Origin: Pelomyxa schiedti | Lineage: Eukaryota; Protista; Evosea | Assembly: GCA_020536535.1 (NCBI GenBank) | Contig: JAHLWZ010000347.1 | Location: 20,600 to 84,599 of the forward strand | Length of the DNA stretch: 64,000 nucleotides | Reading direction: 5' to 3' | Shown here: positions 48,817-59,866 of the stretch, one piece after another | Layout: every line of letters begins with the position of its first letter | Position numbering within the stretch: position 1 is the stretch's first letter | Program-made: the position numbers and the translations under genes | Notes under the pieces: model-generated | Told to the model about the DNA's origin: nothing | The model's input: the letters and a program-made list of their open reading frames with translations, nothing else | The model's database searches: none

Positions 48817-51800
48817 TTAGACACGTGTGTCCTCGCTGCTGTAACCACCTAGCACGTGGTTCTCCTCAAGTTCTATATCCTCTTCTTTTTTCTCTCTTCG
48901 CTTGCCGAGAACAACGGCAAGGGCCGTGCCCAGTGCAATAGCGAGCGCAATTCCAACAGTGCAAATGAGGGCCCACACCCAGCCGGGTACTCCAGAGTCA
49001 CCCTCATCACTGCTGCTCAGTATCTGTATTGTGCTGGTGATGGAAGAGCTTGGGGGTAATGGCTCATAGACAACAACCAGCGATTCCGGCACTGTGTTGG
49101 CCGTTACCTCTCCGTCGTAGAGAGCACTGGTGGTGTTGTCAACAAGTTCGCCCATCTCGGTGACTAGTTGGTCTGCAGTAAGATCATCAGATAGGATCAC
49201 TCCGTACTCTACGAGGACGACGGAGACCACGTCGCGCTTGTTACTGCAGTCAGAAAGAAGCCTCACCAAAAGGAGGTAAACGCGGTTCGGGGAAATCATC
49301 AGGGCATGGGCGATGTCCCTGGTAAACTTCATATAGACATCAGAGGGTACTTCTTCGAGGCACTCTTAACACACATCAGAGAAACCAAAGGGTGAACAAA
49401 TAGCATACCTAAATACTTGAGAGCCAGGGCGAAAACACAGGTCTCAGGGTCGTCCAAGGAAAAGGACTGCATGAGCGATCCACTGAGGCTTTGGCTGATA
49501 CTATCACTTGAGCTGGAGCTTTCGCTGATGCTGTTGCTCGAACTAAAACTTTCGCTGGAGCTCTCACTGGTGCTGGAGCTTTCGCTGATGCTGGAGCTAA
49601 TGCTGTTGCTCGAACTAGAACTTTCACTGATGCTGGAGCTTTCGCTGATGCTCGAGCTTGAGCTCTCACTATCGCTGGAGCTCGAACTTTCACTCTGACT
49701 GGAGCTTTCACTGTTGCTGGAACTTGAGCTTTCACTGTGACTTGAGCTCGAACTTTCACTGCTACTCTCGCTGTTGCTTGTGCTCGAGCTTTCGCTGATG
49801 CTCGAGCTCGACGTGGAGCTCTCGCTTGAGCTATAACTGCTTGAAAGANNNNNNNNNNNNNNNNNNNNNNNNNNNNNNNNNNNNNNNNNNNNNNNNNNNN
49901 NNNNNNNNNNNNNNNNNNNNNNNNNNNNNNNNNNNNNNNNNNNNNNNNCTGTTGCTCGAACTAGAACTTTCACTGATGCTGGAGCTTTCGCTGTTGCTTG
50001 AGCTTGAGCTCTCACTGTCGCTGGAGCTCGAACTTTCAATCTGACTGGAGCTTGCACTGTTGCTGGAACTTGCGCTTTCACTGTGACTTGAGCTCGAACT
50101 TTCACTGCTACTCTCGCTGTTGCTTGTGCTCGAGCTTTCGCTGATGCTCGAGCTCGACGTGGAGCTCTCGCTTGAGCTATAACTGCTTGAAAGAGAGCTC
50201 TCGCTTGAACTCACACTGATGCTCGAACTTTCACTTTCACTGTTGCTTGAACTTGAACTTAAACTTGCACTGTTGCTGGAGCTTGAGCTTTCACTGTGGC
50301 TGGAGCTCTCGCTGTTGCTTGAGCTTGAGCTCTCGCTGATGCTTGAACTTGAACTCTCACTGTGGCTGGAACTATCGCTGCTGCTTGAGATTGAGCTCTC
50401 GCTGTGGCTAGAACTTTCACTGCTGCTGTAACTGTAGCTTTCACTCGTGCTTGAGCTTGAACTTTCACTGGAGCTATAACTGGAACTTTCACTTTGACTC
50501 GAACTTAAGCTTTCACTGTTGCTGGAGCTTTGACTTTGACTCGAACTGGAGCTTTCGCTGTTGCTCGAACTGTCACTGTTGCTCGAGCTCGAGCTTTCAC
50601 TGATTGAGGAGCTCTCACTTGTGCTTGAGCTCGAACTGTCACTCTGACTGGAGCTGGAACTTTCGCTGATGCTGGAGCTTTCGCTGTTGCTCGAACTGGA
50701 ACTTTCACTGACGCTCGAGCTTTCACTGATGCTGGAACTTTCACTGTTGCTCGAGCTAATGCTGTTGCTGGAACTTTTGCTGTTGCTCGAGCTCGAACTT
50801 TCACTCTGACTGGAACTTTCACTGATGCTCGAGCTTTCGCTGTTGCTCGAACTAGAACTTTCGCTGATGCTCGAACTCTCACTGTTGCTCGAGCTTGAGC
50901 TGTCACTCTGACTTGAACTTTCACTGTTGCTTGAGCTTTCGCTGTTGCTGGAGCTCGAGCTTTCACTGATTGAGGAGCTCTCACTGATGCTCGAGCTTGA
51001 ACTTTCACTCTGACTGGAGCTGGAGCTTTCACTGATGCTGGAGCTTTCGCTGTTGCTCGAACTAGAACTTTCGCTGATGCTGGAACTCTCACTTAGACTG
51101 GAGCTTTCGCTGTTGCTTGAGCTAGAGCTTTCACTCTGACTTGAACTTTCACTGATGCTGGAGCTTGAGCTTTCACTGTTGCTCGAGCTCGAACTTTCAC
51201 TGATTGAGGAGCTCTCACTTGTGCTCGAGCTTGAACTTTCACTCTGACTGGAGCTGGAGCTTTCGCTGATGCTGGAGCTTTCGCTGTTGCTTGAACTAGA
51301 ACTTTNNNNNNNNNNNNNNNNNNNNNNNNNNNNNNNNNNNNNNNNNNNNNNNNNNNNNNNNNNNNNNNNNNNNNNNNNNNNNNNNNNNNNNNNNNNNNNN
51401 NNNNNCGCTGTTGCTCGAACTGTCACTGTTGCTCGAGCTCGAGCTTTCACTGATTGAGGAGCTCTCACTTGTGCTTGAGCTCGAACTGTCACTCTGACTG
51501 GAGCTGGAACTTTCGCTGATGCTGGAACTTTCGCTGTTGCTCGAGCTTTCGCTGTTGCTCGAGCTTTCGCTGTTGCTGGAGCTTTCGCTGTTGCTCGAAC
51601 TGTCACTGATGCTGGAGCTTTCACTGTGACTGGAACTTTCGCTGTTGCTCGAACTCTCGCTGACGCTGGAACTTTCACTGTTGCTGGAACTTTCACTGTT
51701 GCTGGAACTAGAACTTTCACTGACGCTCGAGCTTTCACTGATGCTGGAACTTTCACTGTTGCTCGAGCTAATGCTGTCGCTGGAACTTTCGCTGTTGCTC

Positions 51801-54553
51801 GAGCTCGAACTTTCACTCAGACTGGAACTTTCACTGTTGCTGGAACTTTCACTGTGGCTGGAGCTCTCACTGATGCTCGAGCTTTCGCTGTTGCTCGAAC
51901 TAGAACTTTCGCTGATGCTGGAACTCTCACTGTTGCTCGAGCTTGAGCTGTCACTCTGACTTGAACTTTCACTGTTACTTGAGCTTTCACTGTTGCTGGA
52001 GCTCGAGCTTTCACTGATTGAGGAACTCTCACTATTGCTCGAGCTTGAACTTTCACTCTGACTGGAGCTGGAGCTTTCGCTGATGCTGGAGCTCTCGCTG
52101 TTGCTCGAACTAGAACTTTCGCTGATGCTGGAACTCTCACTTAGACTGGAGCTTTCGCTGTTGCTTGAGCTTGAGCTTTCACTCTGACTTGAACTTTCAC
52201 TGATGCTGGAGCTTGAGCTTTCACTGTTGCTGGAGCTCGAACTTTCACTGATTGAGGAGCTCTCACTTGTGCTCGAGCTTGAACTTTCACTCTGACTGGA
52301 GCTGGAGCTTTCGCTGATGCTGGAGCTTTCGCTGTTGCTTGAACTAGAACTTTCACTGATGCTCGAGCTTTCGCTTATACTGGAGCTTTCGCTGTTGCTC
52401 GAACTTTCACTGATGCTCGAGCTGATGCTGTTGCTCGAACTAGAACTTTCGCTGATGCTCGAGCTTTCGCTGTTGCTCGAACTAGCACTTTCACTCTGAC
52501 TGGAGCTGGAGCTCTCGCTGATGCTCGAGCTTTCGCTGATGCTCGAACTTTCACTGATACTCGAGCTAATGCTGTCGCTCGAACTAGAACTTTCGCTGTT
52601 GCTCGAGCTTGAACTTTCACTCAGACTGGAGCTTTCACTCTGACTGGAACTTTCGCTGATGCTCGAGCTTTCACTTATACTGGAGCTCTCACTGATGCTC
52701 GAGCTATCGCTGTTGCTCGAACTTTCACTGATACTGGAGCTCTCGCTGATACTCGAGCTTTCACTGACTGAGGAGCTCTCACTGTTGCTGGAACTTTCAC
52801 TAATGCTCGAGCTTTCACTGTGACTGGAACTTTCGCTGTTGCTCGAGCTCTCGCTGTTACTAGAACTTTCGCTGATGCTGGAGCTTTCACTGTGGCTGGA
52901 GCTTTCGCTGAGGCTCGAGCTTTCACTGATGCTCGAACTTTCGCTGATGCTGGAACTCTCACTGACTGGAGCTGGAGCTCTCGCTGATGCTCGAGCTTTC
53001 GCTGATGCTCGAGCTTTCGCTGATGCTCGAACTAGAACTTTCGCTGTTGCTGGTGCTCGAACTTGAACTTTCACTGATGCTCGAGCTTTCGCTGTTGCTG
53101 GAGCTTGAACTTTCACTGTGGCTGGAGCTTTCACTGTTGCTCGANNNNNNNNNNNNNNNNNNNNNNNNNNNNNNNNNNNNNNNNNNNNNNNNNNNNNNNN
53201 NNNNNNNNNNNNNNNNNNNNNNNNNNNNNNNNNNNNNNNNNNNNCACTAATGCTCGAGCTTTCACTGTGACTGGAACTTTCGCTGTTGCTCGAGCTCTCG
53301 CTGTTACTAGAACTTTCGCTGATGCTGGAGCTTTCACTGTGGCTGGAGCTTTCGCTGAGGCTCGAACTTTCGCTGATGCTGGAACTCTCACTGACGCTAG
53401 AGCTCTCACTGATGCTCGAGCTTTCGCTGTTGCTCGAACTTTCGCTGTTGCTGGAGCTTTCACTGTGGCTGGAGCTCTCGCTGATGCTCGAGCTTTCACT
53501 GACGCTAGAGCTCTCACTGATGCTCGAGCTTTCGCTGAGGCTCGAACTTTCACTGATACTCGAGCTCTCGCTGATACTGGAACTTTCGCTGATGCTGGAG
53601 CTCTCACTGATGCTGGAGCTTTCGCTGTTGCTCGAGCTCTCGCTTATGCTGGAGCTCTCACTGATACTGGAACTTTCACTGACGCTCGAGCTTTCGCTGA
53701 TACTGGAGCTTTCGCTGTTGCTCGAGCTTTCACTGATACTGGAGCTTTCACTGATGCTCGAGCTCTCGCTGATACTGGAACTTTCGCTATTGCTCGAGCT
53801 TTCACTGACTGAGGAGCTCTCACTGTTGCTGGAACTTTCACTGTGGCTGGAGCTCTCACTGGTGCTGGAGCTTTCGCTGATGCTGGAGCTTTCACTGTGA
53901 CTGGAACTTTCGCTGTTGCTCGAACTCTCGCTGTTGCTCGAGCTTTCGCTGATGCTCGAACTTTCACTAATGCTGGAGCTCTCACTAATGCTCGAGCTTT
54001 CGCTGTTGCTGGAGCTCTCACTGACGCTGGAGCTTTCGCTGATGCTGGAGCTCTCGCTGATGCTCGAACTCTCACTGTTGCTTGAGCTTTCGCTTATGCT
54101 CGAGCTCTCACTGCTGCTGGAAATCGAGCTTTCACTGCTGCTCGAGGTGGAGCTCTCACTGCTGCTGGAAATAGAGCTCTCACTACTGCTCGAAATCGAG
54201 CTCTCACTGCTGCTGGATGTTGAACTTTCACTGCTGCTTGAAATTGAGCTCTCACTTGAGCTCGAGGTGGAGCTTTCGCTGCTACTGTATGATACCTCAC
54301 GCAGTGCTTTATTATAGGTAGGGTGTTGGTCAAAGTCATAGGGTAACACCACAGTTGGTGAATTAAGGGCAATGGTGCCAGTTTCACTTGCTCCCAATGT
54401 TGCCCAAGCTGTGATTTGATTAGAACTTCCTAAGTGTCAAAGAAAGAACACACCTTGGCTCGCTATGAGAAAGAAGAGAAAATAGACGTATCTTCCCGTA
54501 ACGGCGGGAAGAAATCGGTTTAGTATACTCGTCGGTGGTGTAGTAGCCGTCAT
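48817..54553 (-). CDS. Large type I membrane surface protein with a mucin-like Ser/Glu repeat ectodomain, a juxtamembrane globular domain, a TM helix and a short tail
   Basis: ATG at 54553 starts MTAT...[12 protein letters not shown]|AWA, a signal-like segment with a 45-nt intron. It is followed by more than 1,500 residues of (S)n-[INHQVLT]-S-E-S repeats, then [13 protein letters not shown]|ECLEE.. (intron), [28 protein letters not shown] with stop-transfer KRREKK, and a stop at 48817. Confidence 0.8.
49849..49948. other. Assembly gap (100 N)
   Basis: Run of 100 n inside the repeat array. Confidence 1.
51306..51405. other. Assembly gap (100 N)
   Basis: Run of 100 n inside the repeat array. 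Confidence 1.
53145..53244. other. Assembly gap (100 N)
   Basis: Run of 100 n inside the repeat array. Confidence 1.
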
Positions 54554-54974
54554 TTTATAAAAAGAAAAGGAAATCAAACACAGTGGTGCCGCTGTAATGG
54601 GTCGTTTTGCGACGATTCGACACCGTCGTGGTACCGGGTCTCGTGTGCGGAGTTGGTTTCTCCTTGTTTTTTTTTATTTGTTTTTTGTTCGACTTGTTTC
54701 GTTTGTATGTAATGTGGAAAAAGTGCTGGTTGATGTTTTTTTATGTTGAAAAATACAGTGCAACAATTTTAGTCTCACAAACAGTTTTTCTCAGCACAGA
54801 TAGCATCCAGATCTTGAGAGATGTCGCAGAGTGCTGGTCCACTGAGGCGAATCATTTATTAAGCAGTGTCTTGCCTCCTGGATCTTCGCCGCTGAGATTA
54901 ACTAGGTAGATCACCCCGTCAAGAAAGTTTCTCTGTAACAACAACCCTTCGTAAATTAGTACCTTTGAGATCCA

Positions 54975-56576
54975 ATGGCGATGACGGTAGTGCCGCAGGG
55001 TGGGGCGTTGGTGGCGACCGGAACTACGACAGGGGCTGTTGTGCCAATTGCAATGACTCCTTTTTCTCAAGTTTGTCTTTTTTTTTTGCACCATTTATCG
55101 AGTGTTATTGTCGTGGTTGGGCTTTTTTGTGACTCGAATTTATTGCTTTTTTTTTTTGTGTCTTATGGGTGAAGACCACGGCTTATTGTTTGTTCCTCGT
55201 TGATGTTTTCAGGGAAGAAGGTCGCACTTACAAGCACCAATTATGCTACTGACTGGACATGGGGTAAGTCTTTTTTTTTTTTTTTCCCTTAAGTTTTACA
55301 ATAGCTACTTTTTAGGGTGAAGTGTATTCCCTTAAGTTCCATAGAGAGGGAAAGGTCATTGCATCATCATCATTTGACAAAGCAATATGTCCTCACTTCT
55401 CCCTCCCGTTTTGTTTCTTATTTATCTATAGTTTTGTGGAATGTATATGGTGACTGTGAGAACTACTACATACTCAAAGGTCACACAAGTGCTGTGCTTG
55501 AAGTACATTGGACAAAAAAGTATGCCAGCGAAATAGGAAACCACTTCTCCTTTTAACTCGTGAAATAGTAACAATCTGGTATCATGCAGTGCTGATAAAA
55601 CTGTTCAAGTTTTTGATGCTATTTCTGGCCAAAGAGTGAAAAAATTTATTGGGCACACATCTTTTGTGAATTCATGTTGTCCTTCTCGATCTCAAGCTGA
55701 AGTTTCAGTCTCTGGTTCAGATGACACAACAGCGAAGGTACCTTTACTCCTTCCATAGAGTAGTACAAACAAAAACCAAGGTATGGGATGCGCGTGTCAA
55801 GAGTGCTGTACAATCATTACCCCATCGTTTTGCTGTCACTTCAGTAGCGTTTGGTGAAGAGCATCACCAAGTCTTCACTGGTTGCCTGGACAATGAAATC
55901 AGAGTATATTATACAATCACAAATTGTTGTTGTCAACTCCATATGCTTCGTTAGATGTGGGATTTGAGAGCTCTTGATTCTCGTGGTGAAGTTTGCCTTG
56001 CCCTCAAAGGGCATGAAGACACAGTAACAGGTTTTTATGGTTTAAAATGTTTTTTGGCTTAAATATAACAGGTATTGCCGTCAGCCCGGATGGTTCATAC
56101 GTTCTTAGCAATTCTATGGATAATACCGTTAGAGTATCCTTTTTTGTTCTCGTTTTCTCTTCCACTTTATGAATTCCTTGACTACTATTACGATTTGGGA
56201 CATTCGGCCCTTTGCCCCAGAAACAAGGTGTCTCAAGACTTTCCAGGGTGTTCAGGTAACATTAGCACCAATTCCATCTGTTTTCTAACACCAGAAGCAC
56301 AACTTTGAGAAGAACCTACTTCGTTGCTCGTGGTCACCTGATGGTCAGAGAATTGCAGCAGGTTCTGCTGACCGCTTCGTGTGGATTTGGGACACAACAA
56401 CAAGGAATGCCTTGTACAAATTGCCGGGGCATGTTGGGTCAGTCAATGATGTAAGTTTCCAACAAACTCCAAAGACACACTAAAACCCCAACCAGGTACA
56501 ATTTCACCCACTGGAGCCTATTATTGGCTCTTGCAGTTCAGACAAGAATATCTACCTTGGTGAGGTCAAAATATAA
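54975..56576 (+). CDS. SNRNP40: U5 snRNP 40 kDa WD40 protein, multi-exon
   Basis: HLQAPIMLLTGH|GEVYSLKF, LWNVYGDCENYYILKGHTSAVLEVHW, SADKTV...GHTSFVNSC, SNSMDNTVR, WDIRPFAP..RCLKTFQG, HNFEKNLLRCSWSPDG, LYKLPGHVGSVND, HPLEPIIGSCSSDKNIYLGE*. Confidence 0.93.
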
Positions 56577-56676
56577 ATCTTGCCTCCCAGTGAACAAAAA
56601 AGAAAACCAAAGAAAAATTTTTTGCACCCTTGTTGCTTAAATCTATTTTTTTACAGTTGAGGTGATTTTTGGGCTG

Positions 56677-58414
56677 TTATTCATCATCCTCTTCATCTGA
56701 GTTGTCATTGTCATCCCAGTTATCGGCCTCTTCTTCCTCATCAAAGTTGGGTTCATAGGTCTCATCACCAGCGTCGTCGTCTTCAAGTTCCATACCAGCA
56801 GTTGTTGGTGTCACCTTCTTGTCTTGTGCGAATTTTTCGTAGTTCTCTGTTATCCTTTTTTGTTCTTCATCAGCCTTCTTTTCTTTGTCATAGAGTTCCT
56901 GTGCAAAAGAAAAGCTTAGAGTTCGAGGGGAAAAAGACAAACAACTTGAGACAGTCTGAGTGCTTTGGTCAGCTCGGGGTCTTCGTCCCTTTCTGGGGCT
57001 ACTGTCCTTCCCTCTCCCCCCATTCCAGTTCCTGGTGCTTCTTGGTCAGGCCTGCGCATCCCGTGTTCATCATCTCCTCCTATAGATGGTGGCATCCCAT
57101 GTAGTCCCATCCTCATAGAATTCAAGTGAAGGGGAGGGAGACTATCATCCATCATGCCACCCATAGGTCTAGAATATGCACCCAGGCCCATATGGCTTGG
57201 CATTCCACCCATCATATGCATTCCCATCGGGTGCATCCCACCCATTCCACCCATCATATGCATTCCGCCCATCGGCATTCCACCCATCGGCATTCCGCCC
57301 ATCATGTGCATTCCCATCGGGTGCATTCCACCCATTGGCATTCCACCCATGAAAGGAGGCATTCCACTCATTCTAGGCATTTCAGAGTCTCTTGTAGGCA
57401 TTCTGTCCATTTCGCGCCCCCCCACGCCAGGCATGAACACAGCAGGGGGAGATGAAACGTTTCTGAAGGACGACATATCTGGGACGTGAGATGGTAGACC
57501 AGGGGGGGAAAAAGTTTGACTTAGAAAATTACGGTCAGTGGAAGTCAGTTACGAGTGCATTGCACATAAATTCAATACCTAAACTCTGGTGGTGGCTCTC
57601 CACTTCCAGTTAACTGGAGCATGTATTCTATACTAAGAGATGCAAGATTTTCATCAACAAGAACTCTCCAGTCTTTCTCATCATCGTCAAGCTTTAAAGT
57701 ATGGGAAACTATTTAGTTTTCGGGAGCAAAAACCTTTTTCATAAGCAATTGGCGCCGGGGATCCCTAACAACATAGCTAACTTTGATGCTCTTCTCAATA
57801 AGACTAGCAACAGTATCACTTTTAGAAATCCGGACTGTCAACTGATCCCTTGGTTGTAAAATTTAGAAAGAAGTTGTCGCGATAGCAACCATACAAACGA
57901 GGAGAGATCAGCGGGATTTCGAAGTCCTCTTCCTCAGCTTTCTTTTCCACCACCTCTGCCGGCTTCGCTTCTGCAGGCTTTACCTCTACGGGTTTTTCTC
58001 CTTGTGCGGCTTGCTCTTGAACTTGAGATTCACCAACTGGCCTCTCAGTGTTAATAACGTTTTCAGATGCTGGTTTCTCTTCATGTGCTTCAGAAGGAGC
58101 AGAAGGGGGAATTGCTAGTTTCTCAGCGGGGTTCTCCGTAGCAACTCCTACGCCTTGAGTTGCACTTGTTTGCTCATTGCCACTCAAAGCCTCTCCGCCT
58201 GACGCAAGGTTCGCACTGCATACTGTTATTTGGAATGGTGACGTCGAAGATCTCCTTTATTATTGTTGTTGTTTGTGTGGTGCTGCCTTAGGGCCCGTAA
58301 CGCGGAGGTTTAAAAAAATAAATGATTACACTCAAGATGAGAGTTAATTATGTCACTGAATGGCACCCATACCCGGCTGTGGTCGACGTCTCATCATCAG
58401 CCATTCCCGTGGCA
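56677..58414 (-). CDS. Hypothetical protein with a putative ubiquitin-like domain, a Gly/Met-rich low-complexity region, a UIM-like helix and an acidic tail
   Basis: Exon 1 MADDETSTTAG| (ATG at 58414). Then LTVRISKSDTVASLIEKSIK|DPRRQLLMKK|..HTLKLDDDE (UBL-like), GGMPMGGMHPMGMHMM repeats, EDPELTKALRLSQ|ELY (UIM-like) and a D/E-rich end. Confidence 0.55.
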
Positions 58415-58506
58415 CCACAAGGACCTAAAAAATGGAATAAAAAACGCCAACAAACAATTTAGATTTTCACCAATGTCCGAAAACGACAGACTGAGGACGC
58501 CGGCAA

Positions 58507-59560
58507 CTAGAGGTTAACTGATGCAGGGAACACCCTCCCTTCCAATCTTCCACACCAATTGTCGTAGGTGGATCTCAGGATTGTTCTTAATCGACGGTGT
58601 GATGCAACTTCGAGGAATGAGAGTAACGCCTCGCAGGATGAATCAGCCTCGAGGAGGCCCATAACAAGCGGATTTGGAGGTCCCTGCACCGACGGCGCGC
58701 ACTGGCGCCCTTTACGTGCGTGAGGAATGGCGATTGTGGGAGGGACAGGAGCGCGCCGCAGGCCAGGAGTGCCCCGCGGGGTCCCGCTCAAGCCACCCAA
58801 CAAGCCCGGCCATTATGGGACCCGAGTGACTGGTCACGTGCACTTCCGGTTCTTTCAGGGGGAATAGAGCGGCTTCCCATCTTGGAAAAACTCTGTGGTA
58901 CCAAGGTCACAGAGAGCCCAGATGTTTCCTTTGATGTGTGGCCTCTCCATCAGCAGGATGTTGTCAGACTTGATGTCACAGTGGAACCACCCTCGCGAGT
59001 TGAGGTGACCAACTGCACACAGCACGCATTTTGCTAAGTGGGTTCTGCTGTGAGCTCCCTGTGACTGAAGTGGTATGAGAGGCAGAAGTTGCCCCTGCTG
59101 AAATTGGTGGGTGTTGCCTGTTGTGTAATGATGAAATGACCGACTGCAGCGTGCACTTCCCGAGTTCCATTGTCATGAACGTCGTGCGTTGAAACACTGG
59201 GATTTGCTCCTGAGCGATTGTGCACTCTTTCCCTAAGGCATCTCCAAGTTGTTTCCTTGAAGAAAAAGAATGTCCTATGTTCTTTCCACTTTGGAACCTT
59301 TTGCAGGTGTTTCTATCCACTTTTACTCATGGATTTACTCACTTGGGGAAATTGTTTGTTCAAGGTTCTCCCCTCCCACTGGAGGCCTTTTCTGGCTCGC
59401 TGCAGTGAAACGCAGAGTCAAAGAATTCGCAGCTCCGTGGTCCTGCACTCTCCACCATGCAACGAACTTCGCGCGGCGTCGTGAGTTGTGGCAGCTGGCG
59501 GGAGTGTTCATTGTCCACAACCGTCGCTCATTTGTTGGAGAGAGTGAAACTTCTTTGTTC
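58507..59560 (-). pseudogene. Decayed copy of the PINK1-like kinase gene (paralog D)
   Basis: Retains IPVFQRTTFMTMELGKCTL and CVLCAVGHLNSRGWFHCDIKSDNILLMERPHIKGNIWALCDLG. The N-lobe (Gly loop, VALK, alphaC) is absent. There is a frameshifting deletion near 59030, an in-frame TGA after ..KPLYSP, and the C-lobe is fragmented. Confidence 0.78.
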
Positions 59561-59866
59561 TCTGTGGGGTGTTGCCCGTTTAACGAATTTTCAACGCTTT
59601 TTTTTTTCGATTCGATTCGCAACTTCGAATTTTGCTTCACAGCAGAGTACGTAAGCATATGCCGAAAATGGACCCTCGAATTCATTCAGCGTATCCTTCC
59701 CGGAAAAACCTTTTTCCTTTTTGTGCCAGGATCGCAGCACAAGACTCACGTACCGTTGATTACTAGTCATTTTGGGAAGCATGCGTTGGGTTCAGAAAAT
59801 AAGAAAGGTTCTTTTCTTTACTGGGGACAGCTGGTGGCTGAGCAACATTTGTGGAGGACAGAGAGT

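Larger units (their letters stand above)
49500..54290 (-). repeat. Coding tandem repeat array, base unit ~18 nt (SSISES-type) with 24-27 nt variants and higher-order blocks
   Basis: Continuous gagctttc(a/g)ctg(a/t)tgct(c/g)-type units on the + strand. Long blocks recur, for example ~49690-49848 against ~50035-50192. Confidence 0.97.

Noticed and set aside
49500-54290. CRISPR-like or transposon-derived repeat interpretation of the array
   Set aside because: No unique spacers, terminal inverted repeats or transposase. Units are multiples of 3 and encode a continuous peptide repeat.
49417-54317. Plus-strand ORFs reading [12 protein letters not shown] (leucine-zipper-like) and alternative-frame VRA/KAP repeats
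   Set aside because: They are antisense or shifted-frame shadows of the Ser/Glu repeat. Only the minus-strand Ser frame links to a signal peptide and TM exon.
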